A DNA stretch of 64,000 nucleotides from Azolla caroliniana (taxonomy: Eukaryota > Plantae > Polypodiophyta). The translations under genes were made by a program, and so were the position numbers. The DNA lies in contig JBHGNT010000014.1 of the NCBI GenBank assembly GCA_043228905.1, positions 20,336,001 through 20,400,000 of the forward strand, given 5' to 3'. Position 1 is the first letter of the stretch; the number at the start of each line of letters is the position of its first letter. Under the pieces are notes generated by a model. The model was not told the origin of the DNA and did not search any database. It saw nothing but the letters and a program-made list of their open reading frames with translations. Shown piece after piece: positions 25,173 through 39,200 of this stretch.

Positions 25173-27194
25173 TATATATATTATATGTAGACAGATATCG
25201 ATATATAATATATATATGTATATGTATTGATTGATTGAGCCTAGTTTACTTCCTTTAGTATATATTTTTGTCTCTATATAGAGAGTGTATGCTACACTTT
25301 GGTTGAAGTTCTCTCTCTCTCTATCTCTCTCTACATGTATATATATAGATCGAAGCTTAATTCACTTCCTTTCTTTCTATTTTATATGTATATAAACACA
25401 GTAAAGTTGAATACAAGTCATCCTCATTCCTCGGAAGCAGTGGGTTCTGCTTTGATGGTGAATGTTGGAACTTTCCTATCCTAGTCAAATGGAATTGAAA
25501 TATGTACACGATTTCAAGTAATTAGTCCCAGGCATAGATTACTAAATCCAGCGTTCCAGTATATCTTTGACCTGTTGCAAACAGAAAGGCAGTGTCAAAC
25601 AAATCCAGCGTTATGCAAAATCTCGTTCTTGTTTTTGTTCTCCTTATTTCTCCTGCTTAAATCTTACCTTCTCCTTCTATCTTCTTAAAGCCTGCTTGCT
25701 TCTTCATTTTCTTAAAACTTCTTAATCTAGCTGTTAAATCTAAGACATTCTTTAATCATCTTCTTATCTATTTCAACTTCAACATTGAACCTCATCCTTC
25801 TTAAATCTTGTTCTTACACAGTTTTTTTTAAATATTCTTCTTATGTCAACTTACATCAGTCTTATATCGTTCTTAAACCTTGAACTTCATTCTTAAAATA
25901 TTCTTCTCATCTCAACTGCCTCCTTCAATCTTCTTCCTATCTCGTTCTTAAATCTTGAACTCTCTTCTTATTTAATCCTGAAGAATCAGATAAGAAGGTT
26001 AATACCTTCCTTTCATTATTCTTAAAATCTTCCGAACAATTATTACCATAGCTACAATGATTACGATGATGATGATAAACTAACGTATAAGCACTTCCTA
26101 GCGGATAAGAAAAAGAAACCAGCAAAAAGGTATCAAGAAGAATACCTGTAGCAGAATAGCAATGTTTTTGTGTCGACAAATTCAAGGTAAGCAAGAACAG
26201 AAACCTTTCTTTTGCCTTCTTCTTTACAATTTCCTGTGGAAACCTGAATGCAAAATCTTCTTTCTTCTTCTTCTTCCTCACACTTTCTGGTCAAAATGCA
26301 AAATACATACGCGTAGGGCAGAGCTGAAAAAGGATTCTCCTCCTCCGTCGGTCTTCTTGATTCTCGTTTCTTTCTGTCTGTATTTCTTGCTTTCTTCGTC
26401 CTCCTGGCCTCTGGATTTCTTCTGTTTTCTGTCTACTTCTCGATTCTTCGAGTATTCTGCTTGCTTCACTGCTTGCTTCACGTTTCTTCTGCCTTCTGTC
26501 TTCTCTGTGTGTTAAAAAAAGACGAGTGAAATGATAATAAGGGAGCTCGGGAGGATAAAAACAGAGAACTAAAAAAAAAATCAACGAAATTTGAAAAAAG
26601 AAAAAAGAAAAAAAATCAACGAATAATGAAAAGCTGAAGGGAAGGAATAATATGTATGCAAGAAGAAGAAGAAGCAGTGCCACGTCATCTCTTTTTTATA
26701 TTTAGTTTTTATTATAAATAAATAAAATAGTTTTTGGAATAATAATAATAAATAAATAAATAAAATAGAAAAAGAAATATGTATCTATGTACATATGGGA
26801 GGAACTTATCTATTTATTTATATTTATCTTTTTACTTTATATACTTATAAGTTATAAGTTATCCATTTACACACATACATACTTATGTATTTATTTATTT
26901 ATCTTTTATCTACTTATTTATTTCTTTACATATTGATCTCTTTGTCTACGCGTGATTTATCTACTTACTTATTTTACGTGTTTATTGATTTTACTGTACT
27001 CATTTATGCATGCATGCGGTGGAGCGAATGAGATGATGCTCTCGATCTTATCCTTATCCACACCCCCCCCCCCCCCCCCAAAAAAAAAAAATTATACTAT
27101 AAAAAATTATTATCTATATATAGTTTATAACATTTATTATCGCCCCATGGAGAAAGGAAGGAAGGAAGACGGCATCCACTCGATGCCCCATCGC

Positions 27195-27385
27195 GCATAG
27201 ATCCTCAGTTAGTTCACCCCTGGAACACACCACCGGTTCTTCCAGTGTCGTATGCACTCCTACTAGCATTGGGTACCACGAGGAAAACTCGAGCATAGAT
27301 CCTCAATTCACCTTGGAACACACCACAGGTTCTTCTAGACTCATACGCACTACTACTAGCATTGGGTACCACATGGAAAACTCAC
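27195..27385. repeat. Diverged tandem duplication, about 98 bp x2, bracketed by two C17 homopolymers
   Basis: GCATAGATCCTC...GGAACACACCAC...CTACTAGCATTGGGTACCAC starts at 27195 and 27293. The C17 runs are at 27063-27079 and 27428-27444. Confidence 0.85.
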
Positions 27386-30300
27386 TCCAGTTGCCTATGC
27401 AAATCCAAGCCCCTCGGAGATAAGATACCCCCCCCCCCCCCCCCTTTTGTTCACCGGCCTGACCTCAATGTACTATTGCTCGTTGCCTTTCTTCTATGCT
27501 CCCAAGGAGAAAAAGAAGAAGAGAGTTTCGCCTATGTCTTTGAACGACATGAATGTTTCTGATAATGTCCAACAATATAGTGACGAAATGATCAATACCG
27601 ACACTTACAAAAGCCTCGTGTTGTGACAAGAACTCTTTGCCTTCCGAGAGTTGTCCCTATTTCACTTTGCTATGAATTTTGGTGCAAAGTATCTAATGCC
27701 ATTTATAAGATATTTGTTCCAACATGAACAAAATGGCTTTTTGTTGCAACATGTGCACGAGCAACGAAGATAAAATCACATATATTCAAAATTTGTTGAG
27801 CTATATGTGCATAAATGCTTACCATGCATGGCACGTAATCCAACCTCTTGATGATTTATAGCATGTGCCAATTTCCTAAAGGCTAATTGGATCCAAATTC
27901 AATAATCTTTTTGTCAAGATCTTCATAGCTTTATCATCATATTCTTATGTCACGTTTTTTCTTTTTAAACATTAAAGGATAAAACTTTTATATCAATAGA
28001 GTGTCAAGTCATGACCACGACGAGTAAAAATCATGAAAGTGATTTAACTTTACACTCGAAGTTTTTCGCCTTGACTTTGAAATATTGAACTCATATATAT
28101 GGTACTATATCAAGTAAACAACTAGGAATTTTCATACTAGTCTACCTGTCTCATGTCAAAACATTAAAATGACCACTGCATATACGTATGCAAAATCTTG
28201 ACCTTAATAAAAAGGGAAAAGGCAAAGAGGAAATAGAAAGGCTTAAATAAACTACAAAGAACTAGTTTTGACCTACTTACTGACCTTGCATGGCAAGCTT
28301 ATCAAAGTTGCAAAAGAATGAGTTAGTCTTATTCACCAATAAGTTTAGATCATAGCTCATCATTATGATCTACATAGGTTTCTCTAATAAAGTTGGACCA
28401 TAGTTTGACCTAATTACATTGGCATGATAATTTTTTTTTGGTTATAGAATTTTAGAAAAAAACATATGATTCATCGTTACAATTTACCTCTACGTCAAAG
28501 GAAACCCTTAATGCCTTCAATCGTGTAACCAAGAGTAGCTCATATATCATGAAAAGTAGTAGACGTAAATATAATATCACCCCACACATTTCTCAAGATA
28601 TTTACATCCTTATCTAAACATTCATCATCGACATCACGGATAGAACAACTTACAAGTTAGGATGAACTTATGAAATTTTTTTAGCGCGAATTCTCTAGCA
28701 TATTATTTTTACATGGGAAGGGCCTCGCTTACGTGGAAAGTAAGCTTCTCAACTTTTCATGTCTCGTGTCAAGTTTTAGGTCCACACAATTGATCACATC
28801 ACATGTGATGTAGATGAATGAATCGACATTCAACCTAATGTAGATAAGTGTGTGTATGAAAGAGAGAGAGGTGTGTGTGTGTGAGAGAGAGAGGCGCCAT
28901 GTGTTAAATTGTTAATACCCCACACTTGTAGTGGCGCCTAGTAAAGTACTGATATATCGAGATGTGAACCATGTGCACGAGTTTGTGAAGGGGGCAAAAA
29001 GAGAATGAGAGATTTCTTGAGTGTACATTTGCATGATTTCGTGTAAGTTCTATCTTCAAAATATCATGAATTGAAAATGATGCTTTGTCTCTCAAAATGC
29101 CACATTTTTTTGTTTAGAACATGTCTTAGAGGGTATTTCTATGGTACAAATGTTCCTTAACAATCATGTCATAATGACGTTGTTTTTAAACTATTCATAT
29201 GAAGCAATTATTGAAAGCTTCCCCATCATTGTGGAGTGTTCATCATCAAATGGCAACCATACATTGTATAAATTGATGTACCAAAGCAACTTATTTTTGA
29301 GGTCGTTATAAGTGTTACAATACAATCTTGAGGAAACTTACTATTGTTAACTAATAAATAAATATGAAAGTATATACCGAGAATGAGGTGGTGCTTCATT
29401 GAAGAGCATAAGTTGGCTACAAATTGGTTTCAATATACATTGGGTGCATGCGGAATATACTTTGAACGTATCTTTACATTAATTGTTATGAGCATATGCA
29501 TGACTATTAATAACGTAGGCAAGTAGGATTCAAATCAATTCTAAAGGTAGACCAACGTGTGGTTAGGAAACCTCATGGAATGTGAGTCATGGTCTAAACA
29601 CGATCACGAGTTAGTTGGGTTATAGTGTCATAAAGGGTTACATGTTCTGTAGTTCAATTATATATCAAGTTCAAGTCACATAATGGACTACTTCTTCACC
29701 TCAATGTCTTGGTGTAGTATATACATAGTTCAAGATTGCTACACATAGTATATGATGCACATTAACCTCAAAGTCGAATGATTAGCTTTAACTAGGGAAT
29801 TAGTTTGGTGGAGGGTTCCACGCTTTGGTTTAGACTCTTTATTAGGAGACATAATTTGAATTGATTAAAGGATCAGCGATAAACGATTAAATTGCTTTTC
29901 TTTTATGAAAAACTAAATCCAAACCTTTCACCATAGTTTATTATTCAATAACATACATGTGTAATGCCTTTTTTATTATCCATTGAGATCATGCTCATAA
30001 AGTGGACAAGGCACATATAATGGGTTGAGTAACCATTTTACGACACATAAGGTGCACTAAAAAATCATATAGGTTACTGGTTAACATAGCATAACCATTA
30101 ATGTCGAGATAACATTTGGGTATGCTCAATCACATCATATGACATACACTTAAACCATGTTTTCTAAATGTTAGAATAATTTGTCATGCTTGAGGCGTAC
30201 ATTTGCAAGTACACATGTGTGTATGTTCAAATGATGTAAACATACAACTTTTTGGCATATGTACTTTATATTAACTTAATGTGCAAAGACGAGCCCATAT

Positions 30301-30799
30301 AATCTTTGCTATTCCACTCTCTGCACTTTTTGTGGTTATGTGAGTACATCGTGGAAGATGAATGCCGCGTCCCATGTATGCATTAAGTAAGGGCTATATT
30401 TATTTTGGGCCTTCTGTCCTTATACAACACAAATAAATACATTTTAATGGGATCCTCAATCAAGTAAGTGTGTGAGCTTGACAATTCACAACCATGGAAT
30501 CGAGCCATTGGCTCCTTCTCATTAGAATTGTCGAGTGACAATCACCACCACCTCTTGTTGCATCATTCAACATTTGTTATGTTGGACATCTCGTGTTTTT
30601 TATTTAATTCAACATTTGTCTTGATTTTTTTTCCCCAAAAAAGGAGCTACTGTCCCAATAGTTAGGAGAGATTTTTACAGAAAGACTATACAAGTATGTA
30701 AGTCGGGGAATCAACCCTTGGCCGAGTTCAAGAATATGATACTATGTACATATCTTCTCTTACTTTTTACTTAATGTAAGTAGGTATCTAGAGCTATAA

Positions 30800-31290
30800 A
30801 CTAGCGGCAATCATTGGAAGACCTTGGAAGACCTTTAGGCAACATACTCTCCACACATACTAAAGGGTGAAGCTTGCGATCAAAATCCAAATCTCCCAAA
30901 AACGAGGGGATGTGGTCTTCAAGCCTCTCGTAAAACGGGTTTTGACGAGTTTACCTCTTGTGCATTCATCACACCAACTGCATGCATTGAAGGCAACCGT
31001 CCAACTATCAACTGAGGGAATGATGTAGGCCACTACGCTTCACGATGATGTCCCTTCCACTTTGCAGACAGTTAGGAAGCGAGTCACCTTGCCCCAAACC
31101 CTTTGAGCCTTGAGGGCAATCCCACAAGCAGTGTCTCATAGTCTTGATAGGTGCAAAATAGAGTTAGCAAGCTATCGAGCTTCCTCGTTTACCTAACTAT
31201 TCGCAAACCGGGACCACGGTATGGACGATCTGCCACCAAAATAGCTTGATCTTCTCAGGCACGTGGAGATGCTAGAGCTTTTGTCTTGAT
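30800..31290 (-). mobile_element. L1-type LINE remnant (zf-RVT / C-terminal region of ORF2)
   Basis: Minus strand reads HLHVPEKIKLFWWQIVHTVVPVCE*LGKRGS...IKTMRHCLWDCPQ(frameshift)AQRVWGKV, the plant L1 zf-RVT pattern. Confidence 0.8.
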
Positions 31291-31888
31291 GTTACTTTAA
31301 TTCATACTTATATGCCCCCACCTCTAGTGGCTAGAGCACCTTGGTGTTTTTTCCTATCAACACCATAAATAAAAGATACCACATCGATAGGACAATCATC
31401 ATTGCCAATATTTTGTAATGCCAACAACTACACACCAATATGCAATATTACTGCCTTTGTAGGGAATAAAAGTTGATTAGATAAAGTGTCATAGAAAACT
31501 TTGGTGTATAAACAAGAGCACACCAATAAAAACCCCTCCAAATTTTCTTCCACCTTATCATCATGGGGCATGCACTAGACAAGAAAACGGGACTCTAAAA
31601 ATAACACATTTAGCATGAAGAAGGTAGAATGAATTGAAAAGAAAGAAAGCATGGGAATAAGGAACACCTTAGTTTATGCAAAGTATGGATAAAACCATTG
31701 GTGAAATATGGACACTATAAGGACTTGTAATGATGAGTATAAAATATGACACCCTAAACTCGCTAGTAATTAGTCATTCTTGATTTCTAAATTTCTATCT
31801 TCAATGATATTTCTAGAATTAAGAGATAGGACCAAATGAGTGTTGGAAATTAGGGGAAGGTATACTGAGTAGCGGAGAGAACCTTCTA

Positions 31889-31889
<1 letters not shown>

Positions 31890-31933
<44 letters not shown>

Positions 31934-32650
31934 TAATAATAAAGATCCACCTTGGTATTAATGGAAAGATGCCCGAAGGCTCCAAAGAATTCATACAGTA
32001 AAGTATAACCCTCATACCCACATAAACCAACATGTCTAGTATCAAAATCCCTCATATAGGGTCCTTCGAAGAGGGGGGGGCGGAAAAAGCCATCTTGTGG
32101 AGCATATCTCCACTTTATTCTCTCTCCAAAAGAGGTGAAGACCTCTGCCTTTTTCTAAATATCTCGAAATTGTTGTTGTTTACAAATCACACCATTAGGC
32201 TCACCAGTTATTGCCTCATATTGACCTCTTAGAGTATGTAGGAGCACTAACTATATCTCCTTGACTAACTCAACCCATTATGTTTGACTTTCTGAAGTAC
32301 ACATTTACATCTAGCCTTCCACAATACCCAATTTACTAAAGAAGATATCATAGACCAGACCTTGTCTTCTTCCAAACAATGGATTGTTGTAGTATAAGGG
32401 ACCTCCAATACATGTCTTCCATCGGATAGGAGAAGAAAATCAACACAATTCTTTTCATAATTCTGTATTTCTTCAGCCCATCTTCCCCATCTCACAAAAC
32501 CCCATGTGTACACCTGTTTACCATAAATAGGATACAAATACCTCAACATTCTTTTCCAAACTACTCTAACAATAGGACACATCCATAAAACATGGTGAAC
32601 CGATTCAATGGGAGAACCGCAACTATCACATTTTTAAATGGTTGATGATC
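31890..32650 (-). mobile_element. L1-type LINE 3' remnant with a downstream (GA)n tract
   Basis: Minus strand reads MFYGCPIVRVVWK...KVWSMISSLVNWVLWKARCKCVLQ, matching the L1 ORF2 C-terminal W.lWkaRc motif. (CT)n lies at about 31892-31928. Confidence 0.75.
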
Positions 32651-35600
32651 TAATGTTTTTCTTTTTGCTCCATACATAGTGGAATTAGCCTCTAAAGAAT
32701 GGTCATATCTTATCGTCATCAACATCCTATCATTTTTGTCCCTCTTACATGGGAGGATGTCCAACAAAATATTATAAAAGACAAAAAACCGAAATGATCC
32801 AACACAAGATTAGTAGATAGTCATGGTCGACTCTCTTATCATCAAGCTATTTAATATATAGTGGAGTAAAATGCATGACAAAAGGGTTCATATACAAATG
32901 ACCATTCCTTATCTTGTGATTGTTTAATGCTTAATGAAGAAAATGGGCTTTAAAGGTGAACACAAGCTTCAAGAAATCTTTGATATGTTACCCCAAGAGC
33001 AACTTTGAAGATGTATGGAAGAAATCAAAGTACCAAGTATTAAATGTTTTCTGTAAGCGTCACTTCCCTACTTCTCCTCATGGGTTTGGTTTTGGTACAA
33101 CACCTCGAAGATATAAGGGAGAAAGAGCAACACTGGGGAGCTAAAATAAAAGAGTGTTGTGGTGAGACAAATGTGAAAGGGGCATAAGAATAATGAAAAG
33201 ATTATAAAAGTCACTTTTATGCCTTTTCTCATCGCTTCTTCACTTTTTTTACAATGAAGTATAGTTTTTTCTTCATACCCTCTCTCTCTCAATGATGTCT
33301 TGATGTATGAATAAGGCGTATACATATGAGCTCATGGGCCAAATTTGGTCTTAGAAGACATTAATATTTCTTTCTTTCTTTAGTGTGACACTCAAGTCAT
33401 CACTCCCTCTTAATATATCATCATAGTTTTCACGAAATGCAATGGAGGACAAATAAAATGTCGAGTTCTCAAGAAATACAGTTTTAACAAAATGTGAGCA
33501 CCAATATGTCTCAATGTGGTTGAACCATAGGGTGACAACAATATTATGTTCACTTGGAATGATTGTGCTACTAAATGCTTAGAAGTGGGAAAAATATAAA
33601 ATGTTAATATATGCAATGCAACACTAATAAAATGTTTTGGGTTCTCAAGAACATGTGTTTAACACATTGTTGACACCAATGTGTACATCTCTACGGAGTT
33701 GAAGTGTGGAGCAATGACATTCCTTCATATACTTGGAGAGAGTTTGAAAATGTCCAGAAGCATTATCTGATGTCGTTTCTCAAGTCACAAACTTAGTAGG
33801 AATATGTTTTGCCAAGATCCACACTAACGTTATCAAAATCATAATGGAAATACCTTGCCAAGATCCACATTAAAGAAGAAAAGATTGCTCCCATCAACCA
33901 ACCCAAACTATGGAATTAATAATCCAATTATGATGAGCGCGTAGACATTGAAGGAACTTATGAGGTGTACTATCATTAGCCATAATGCAAAACACTTCGT
34001 TTTTGCAATTCAATTGCTCCCACTATCACCTTGTCGACAAAAGGTTAAGTTTGTAATACATTTTGGAATGCCACCCAATATACAATTCTTCATATTACCA
34101 CAATTGTGATATTTGGAACCCCCCACACTTTTAACATTGGCACGAGTAGCCATAAATATTCTAACATACCAATCAATGATAGATAACATTTCAGCTAACA
34201 TTTGATAATAACTTAAAAGTGTCCAAAAAACACTAGCCCACCCATTGTGTATCTAAAAGGTGAAGAGGAAAAGGAATATGTGAAACATGCAAAGTTTCTA
34301 ACTTCCTTCGGATGTCAATCACATGGCACCTTACATGTTTGTTGAAATGCATGAAAATTCATTAATTTACATTGAGAGAGGAGGATGCACATTGAATTGC
34401 AACTAGATGTAATCAAGTGAATTGAGACATTTGAGTTGAAGGGAATATATTTTGTCCTCTCTCATGGACAAATATATTTCCGAAGTTTCCTAATAAAACA
34501 TATTACTTTTCCCAAAGAAACCTATTATTTTTTTAGCTTCACATGAGGTTCCATATATGTCCACAACCTTTGGAATGAGGTTCCATATATGTCCACATTC
34601 TTATGGCTATGTTCCCATATGGATGATCCAAACTACTTGAAAAAACTGAAAAATGTAACAAAGAGAACCTTAGCAAAGAGACCCCTAGGATCACTTTCTT
34701 TAGGGTGAGTTCACATGCATTTTGTACCATTGATAGCTAACCTACCCGTATACCCCAAGGTTAGTACATAGGAAATATCAATTTCACTCTCTAACGTGGT
34801 TTAGTAAGGAACATGACTAAAAGTATGCAATTAAAATTTCATTTACATGTCTTAAAAGATTATTCTTCTCATGCTTGTTTATATCTTCATAGATACATGC
34901 ATATAAGGATATATAAATGTCATCTACACATCAATGACAAAAAAAGATGTTGATCCCTTTTAAGGCATCAACTATGTGTATGCATCACCAAATTGACCCC
35001 TCTTTAACTAAAATGTTGATTTTCATAGAAAACAATAGTAGCTTTCACTTGAAGAGCCTTTGTATAAAGCTATATAGCCAAGTTTTGTCATTTACAAGAC
35101 TTTCACATAAATGTTTTTACATAAAAATGTTGACCATATTTTCAATCATTAGCATTAGCTATTACAATTTGTTCCCTAACTTGAATGTTCTAGAATTTGT
35201 CAATATACAATGTGATGTTTTTATTTGGCTCTTGTCCACCTTTCTAAAGATATAATGTTGCCATTACACGTTTAGTCAAGCTACACTATGTTCTTATATA
35301 GCGCCTATTTTAAACAAATATATTTGATTGAGCTAATTAATATAATAGACCATGTACGATTTAACATGCATAGATTTAATCCAATGATCTCAAGCATGCA
35401 GCCTAGCTTGATATCTTTATCGGTATGTATTTTTGTAAGCTCTCATATATTCTTGTAAGTCCCGAGAATGATGTATTGGCGTTCAAGTTTCAAATACATA
35501 CCAAAATTTTCAAGTCTTGCAAGAGCTATGGATCAAATTACAATCAAATTCACAATGATAAGCTTGTTTTGTTGTGTCAAAGCGGCATTCAACCGGTTCA

Positions 35601-36256
35601 GGTAGCATTCAGCTTTTTTTTTCTTTGTTTCCTCTAAGAGAGATTATAGACCCAATCGGGCTATATAGTGGTGATGGCAGTGCCAACTGTTGAAAGATCG
35701 TAAGGTTGTCAGTTCAATACACTGATGTAGCAACGAGTATGGGTAGCACAGTTGAGTGAAAGTAGGCATGTGAAATCCCAACTTTGTGTTGCTAACCTCG
35801 GATAGCATGCCACTAGGATACACCATCGCATGAAAACAGAACAGAGACATTACCATCAAAAGAAAACAACATAAAGGCACATAGAAACAATGTCTAAGAC
35901 GATTTCTCTAAGCGTATTATCATTGGCTGAAATATGATACAGAAGACCATGAAAAATAAATGTGAAATGTGTCAGCATTTATGCGGCTTCAAATGATAGA
36001 AATCCTATCTAGGTGTAGAATTTCAACAATGTCTCGTTCATATGTACACATTTAGTGCAGCAAAATTTCATTCTTGTTTTTATTAGCATGAAGCAAAATG
36101 TAGAACTTACCAAAATTCAAATTCAAATTACACTAGATTGAAAAACAATCACTCTCAGATGAGGCATAATTTACCTTATTGGGATGCGTTTCTCAATGCG
36201 AAAATGTATTATCACCATTGTATTTGCAGCAAAAATGTTTCTGCTATGGCTATTGC

Positions 36257-39200
36257 TCATTTCTTCTTCGGCTTGCCTTTGCTGTCTTTGGCATCATCCA
36301 CTGGTTTCGGTTCTTGGTCTTCCCAATTCTGAGAAATGAATTAATTTCTTTACAAAGTGCTCCAGTGAAGGTATATACATATTACATACATAAATATTGT
36401 TATGTATAATATACATTTCATTGTGATTCTTTAACCTTTCCTTAATTTTATATAACCATTTATTAAAGCTTTCCACTTACTTGAAGGATTTCATGCATTG
36501 CTTTATCTAAAGGTAGAAATTCCCATAGACGAACAATTAGCTCCTCAGGTATGAGTGGGTTAGAATGCAGCTGAATAAAAAGTAAAATAAAAGTCTATCA
36601 AGAATGGGTTCTTTGCATCCAATATTTCATTAAATTTTCAACATCAGATTACCTTGCGCAACCGCTTTTTTGTGAGAACAGATTTGCACACTTCTTCAAT
36701 AATACCAGGACTATAGTCCATGGAGAGATGTGCCAAGATAGAGAGATTGAAGTTGAGTTCTAGCACTGCTCCATTTCTCTCCAACATCGCACGCCACAAT
36801 AACACTCTACTTGTATAGTCGGGGTACGGAACATATATCCTTTTTGAAAAAAGGCTAAATAGGCTCGGTGGCTTTAAAGGTGAAAACTAAGGAAAATAAT
36901 ATATTTCCATAAACACAAAAACTAGTCAGCCAATGTGTCTTTATGATATGTCAATACACATTTCCATTCACAAAACATAGCAAATGAATAACTACCTGTG
37001 GGTTTGATGATGTGCCAACAAGCAGAACACGGTCTCCAGGTTGTAATGAGGAAACTTCTTTGATGATAGGGCTTTTCAACCGAGATGGCTTATCTTTAAG
37101 ACCACTCGCTTTGAACTTCTTTTTATCTCTTACAAATAACTGGATAAAAAGGCTATCAAATTAGAAAGAAATCTCATATCACATGTTCAGTCTTCTTGAT
37201 TGAGAAATAATGGGTACAATCAAATAAATCTGCTGGACAAATTTTACAATGCAAGTTAAATCTATAGGAGCAATACTAACTGCCACAATGAGCTGATGCT
37301 CAATGTAAGATATACATGGGAGATGAAATGGTAAACAATGTTTACATATGGAGTATATCTGGGTCAAGTGGAGAACAATGAGTTGGATTATCGGGCACTG
37401 CTAAAAACGTGAAGATAACGATCATAAGACAGAGATATAAATATATTTTTAGATGCAATGCTAGTTGGGGACAGAGGGTTAATCTGATCATCATCAGAAG
37501 TGCACCCTTACTAGGAATGCATAGGGAGGGCCAGTCTGATGAGAAAGAGTCAGATTTATACCATGATGCCCTTTTGTGACATTTTAAAGATAACGCTATA
37601 TAATAACATGTATTTATGGAATAAAATGAATAAGCTGTAGCAAGGAATTGCGGTGTTCATCAATGTAGACTACTGAATTTCTTACGCTAGTTCTTATACT
37701 TCGATGGATGCCTGAAAGGTTATGCAGGTTATGGGATAATTTAAGGTCAACAATTCTGAGTAGGATAACATGATAGGAGGCTTCAATACTCTATGTTTTC
37801 AGTTTTACCTTTCATCATAGAAAGATGGCCATTAGACAACTAAATACTTATGCCAATTTTTGCTATATGAACATCATGCTGGCTTTTTTCATTTTGGGCC
37901 TGTTTGTAACAATCGCTCAAATTTTGGCCAAACGACAGTCAGGGCAGCGAGAAAAAATGATATTTTGTAGGTATTGTGTAAGCTATTATGGAAAGGAAGA
38001 AGTTCAAACACCAAGAAATTATAATATAACGAATTAAACACCACAATTTTTTGTCATACTCGATACAATCTAAAGATTAAAAGCATTTGAAACTTTTGGC
38101 CTAGTTTGATATTAATGTTCAAAGAAAATACCATCTCAACTTCGTCAATGTAGATAATTGATGGCGCCATGATTTTTGCAACCTTGAAAGCAACCTGTAT
38201 CATTTTTTTGAGTTGACCTCCAGGATATTTACCATCTAGATTTCTAGGTGACAAATTAATGAATGTTGCTCCGGCTGACGAACAAGCTGCATGGACCTAA
38301 AAGCAGGACATCTCAAGGTTAGGAGGCTTACAAAAAGAATATAACACTAAGCATGATATCTTTCCCAAGGATCAATCACTTACAAGTAATGTTTTTCCAT
38401 TTGCTTCCCCTCCATAAAGGAGGACAGATGGCACAAAAGGAGAATTTTTATGAATAAAATCAGATGCCAGGGGCAGGACACAATATTCCATGATTGCTTT
38501 TCTGACCTGCCATATGGAATCAAGTCAGAGTAAAAACACGGCAGATCATATATCATATTAGCATATAAAGAATACCAAGAAAGATGTACTGCTTGTGTTA
38601 ATAGAAAGAAAATATTTGGCATGCCAGGTGATATACTCTTGGTAAAATTGTGGGAAAGATGTCAAGCTAAATTGGAACACTCTAAATGGAATGTTTTCCA
38701 TGTGATTCATAAATAGCTAGTTGCAAGGCACTGCGATATGATATCCTTTGGCAACCATACCTGTGCCATAGAAGATTTTATTCTGGTAGAACCTTCAATG
38801 GTAGCAGTCTGTAAGTTATCAACTCCTATATAGTCCCCAAATGACTTGTTTGGACAAAGCTGTATGGTACCCTTCTCAGCAAGTTCATTGAAAAGAAATT
38901 CCAGGCTCTTTTGACCTGTTTTATCTTTCGGTTTCTTTGGTTGTTTAGTGTTCATGTCAAGCACAGTAAATTTTACACTTTCTTCTTCACCCTTTTTTGA
39001 ACTCTTTGACTCTTTTTTCTTTTCTTTGTTTAAAGCCTTTGCTTCAGCCAACATCTTCTTTTTTATATTGTTAAGTATTACCCTGGTGTCTTGATCGACT
39101 TCTAGTCTCACCTATAGAGACACTTGAATTAGTTACCATTGATCAAACTATCCACATTTTCTTCCCTGTACATGAAATAATTGATATAGAAATATACAGC

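Noticed and set aside
25937-26683. ORFs of 67-130 aa on both strands
   Set aside because: This is purine/pyrimidine-skewed 5' UTR and intron sequence of the EF-hand gene, with no family motifs.
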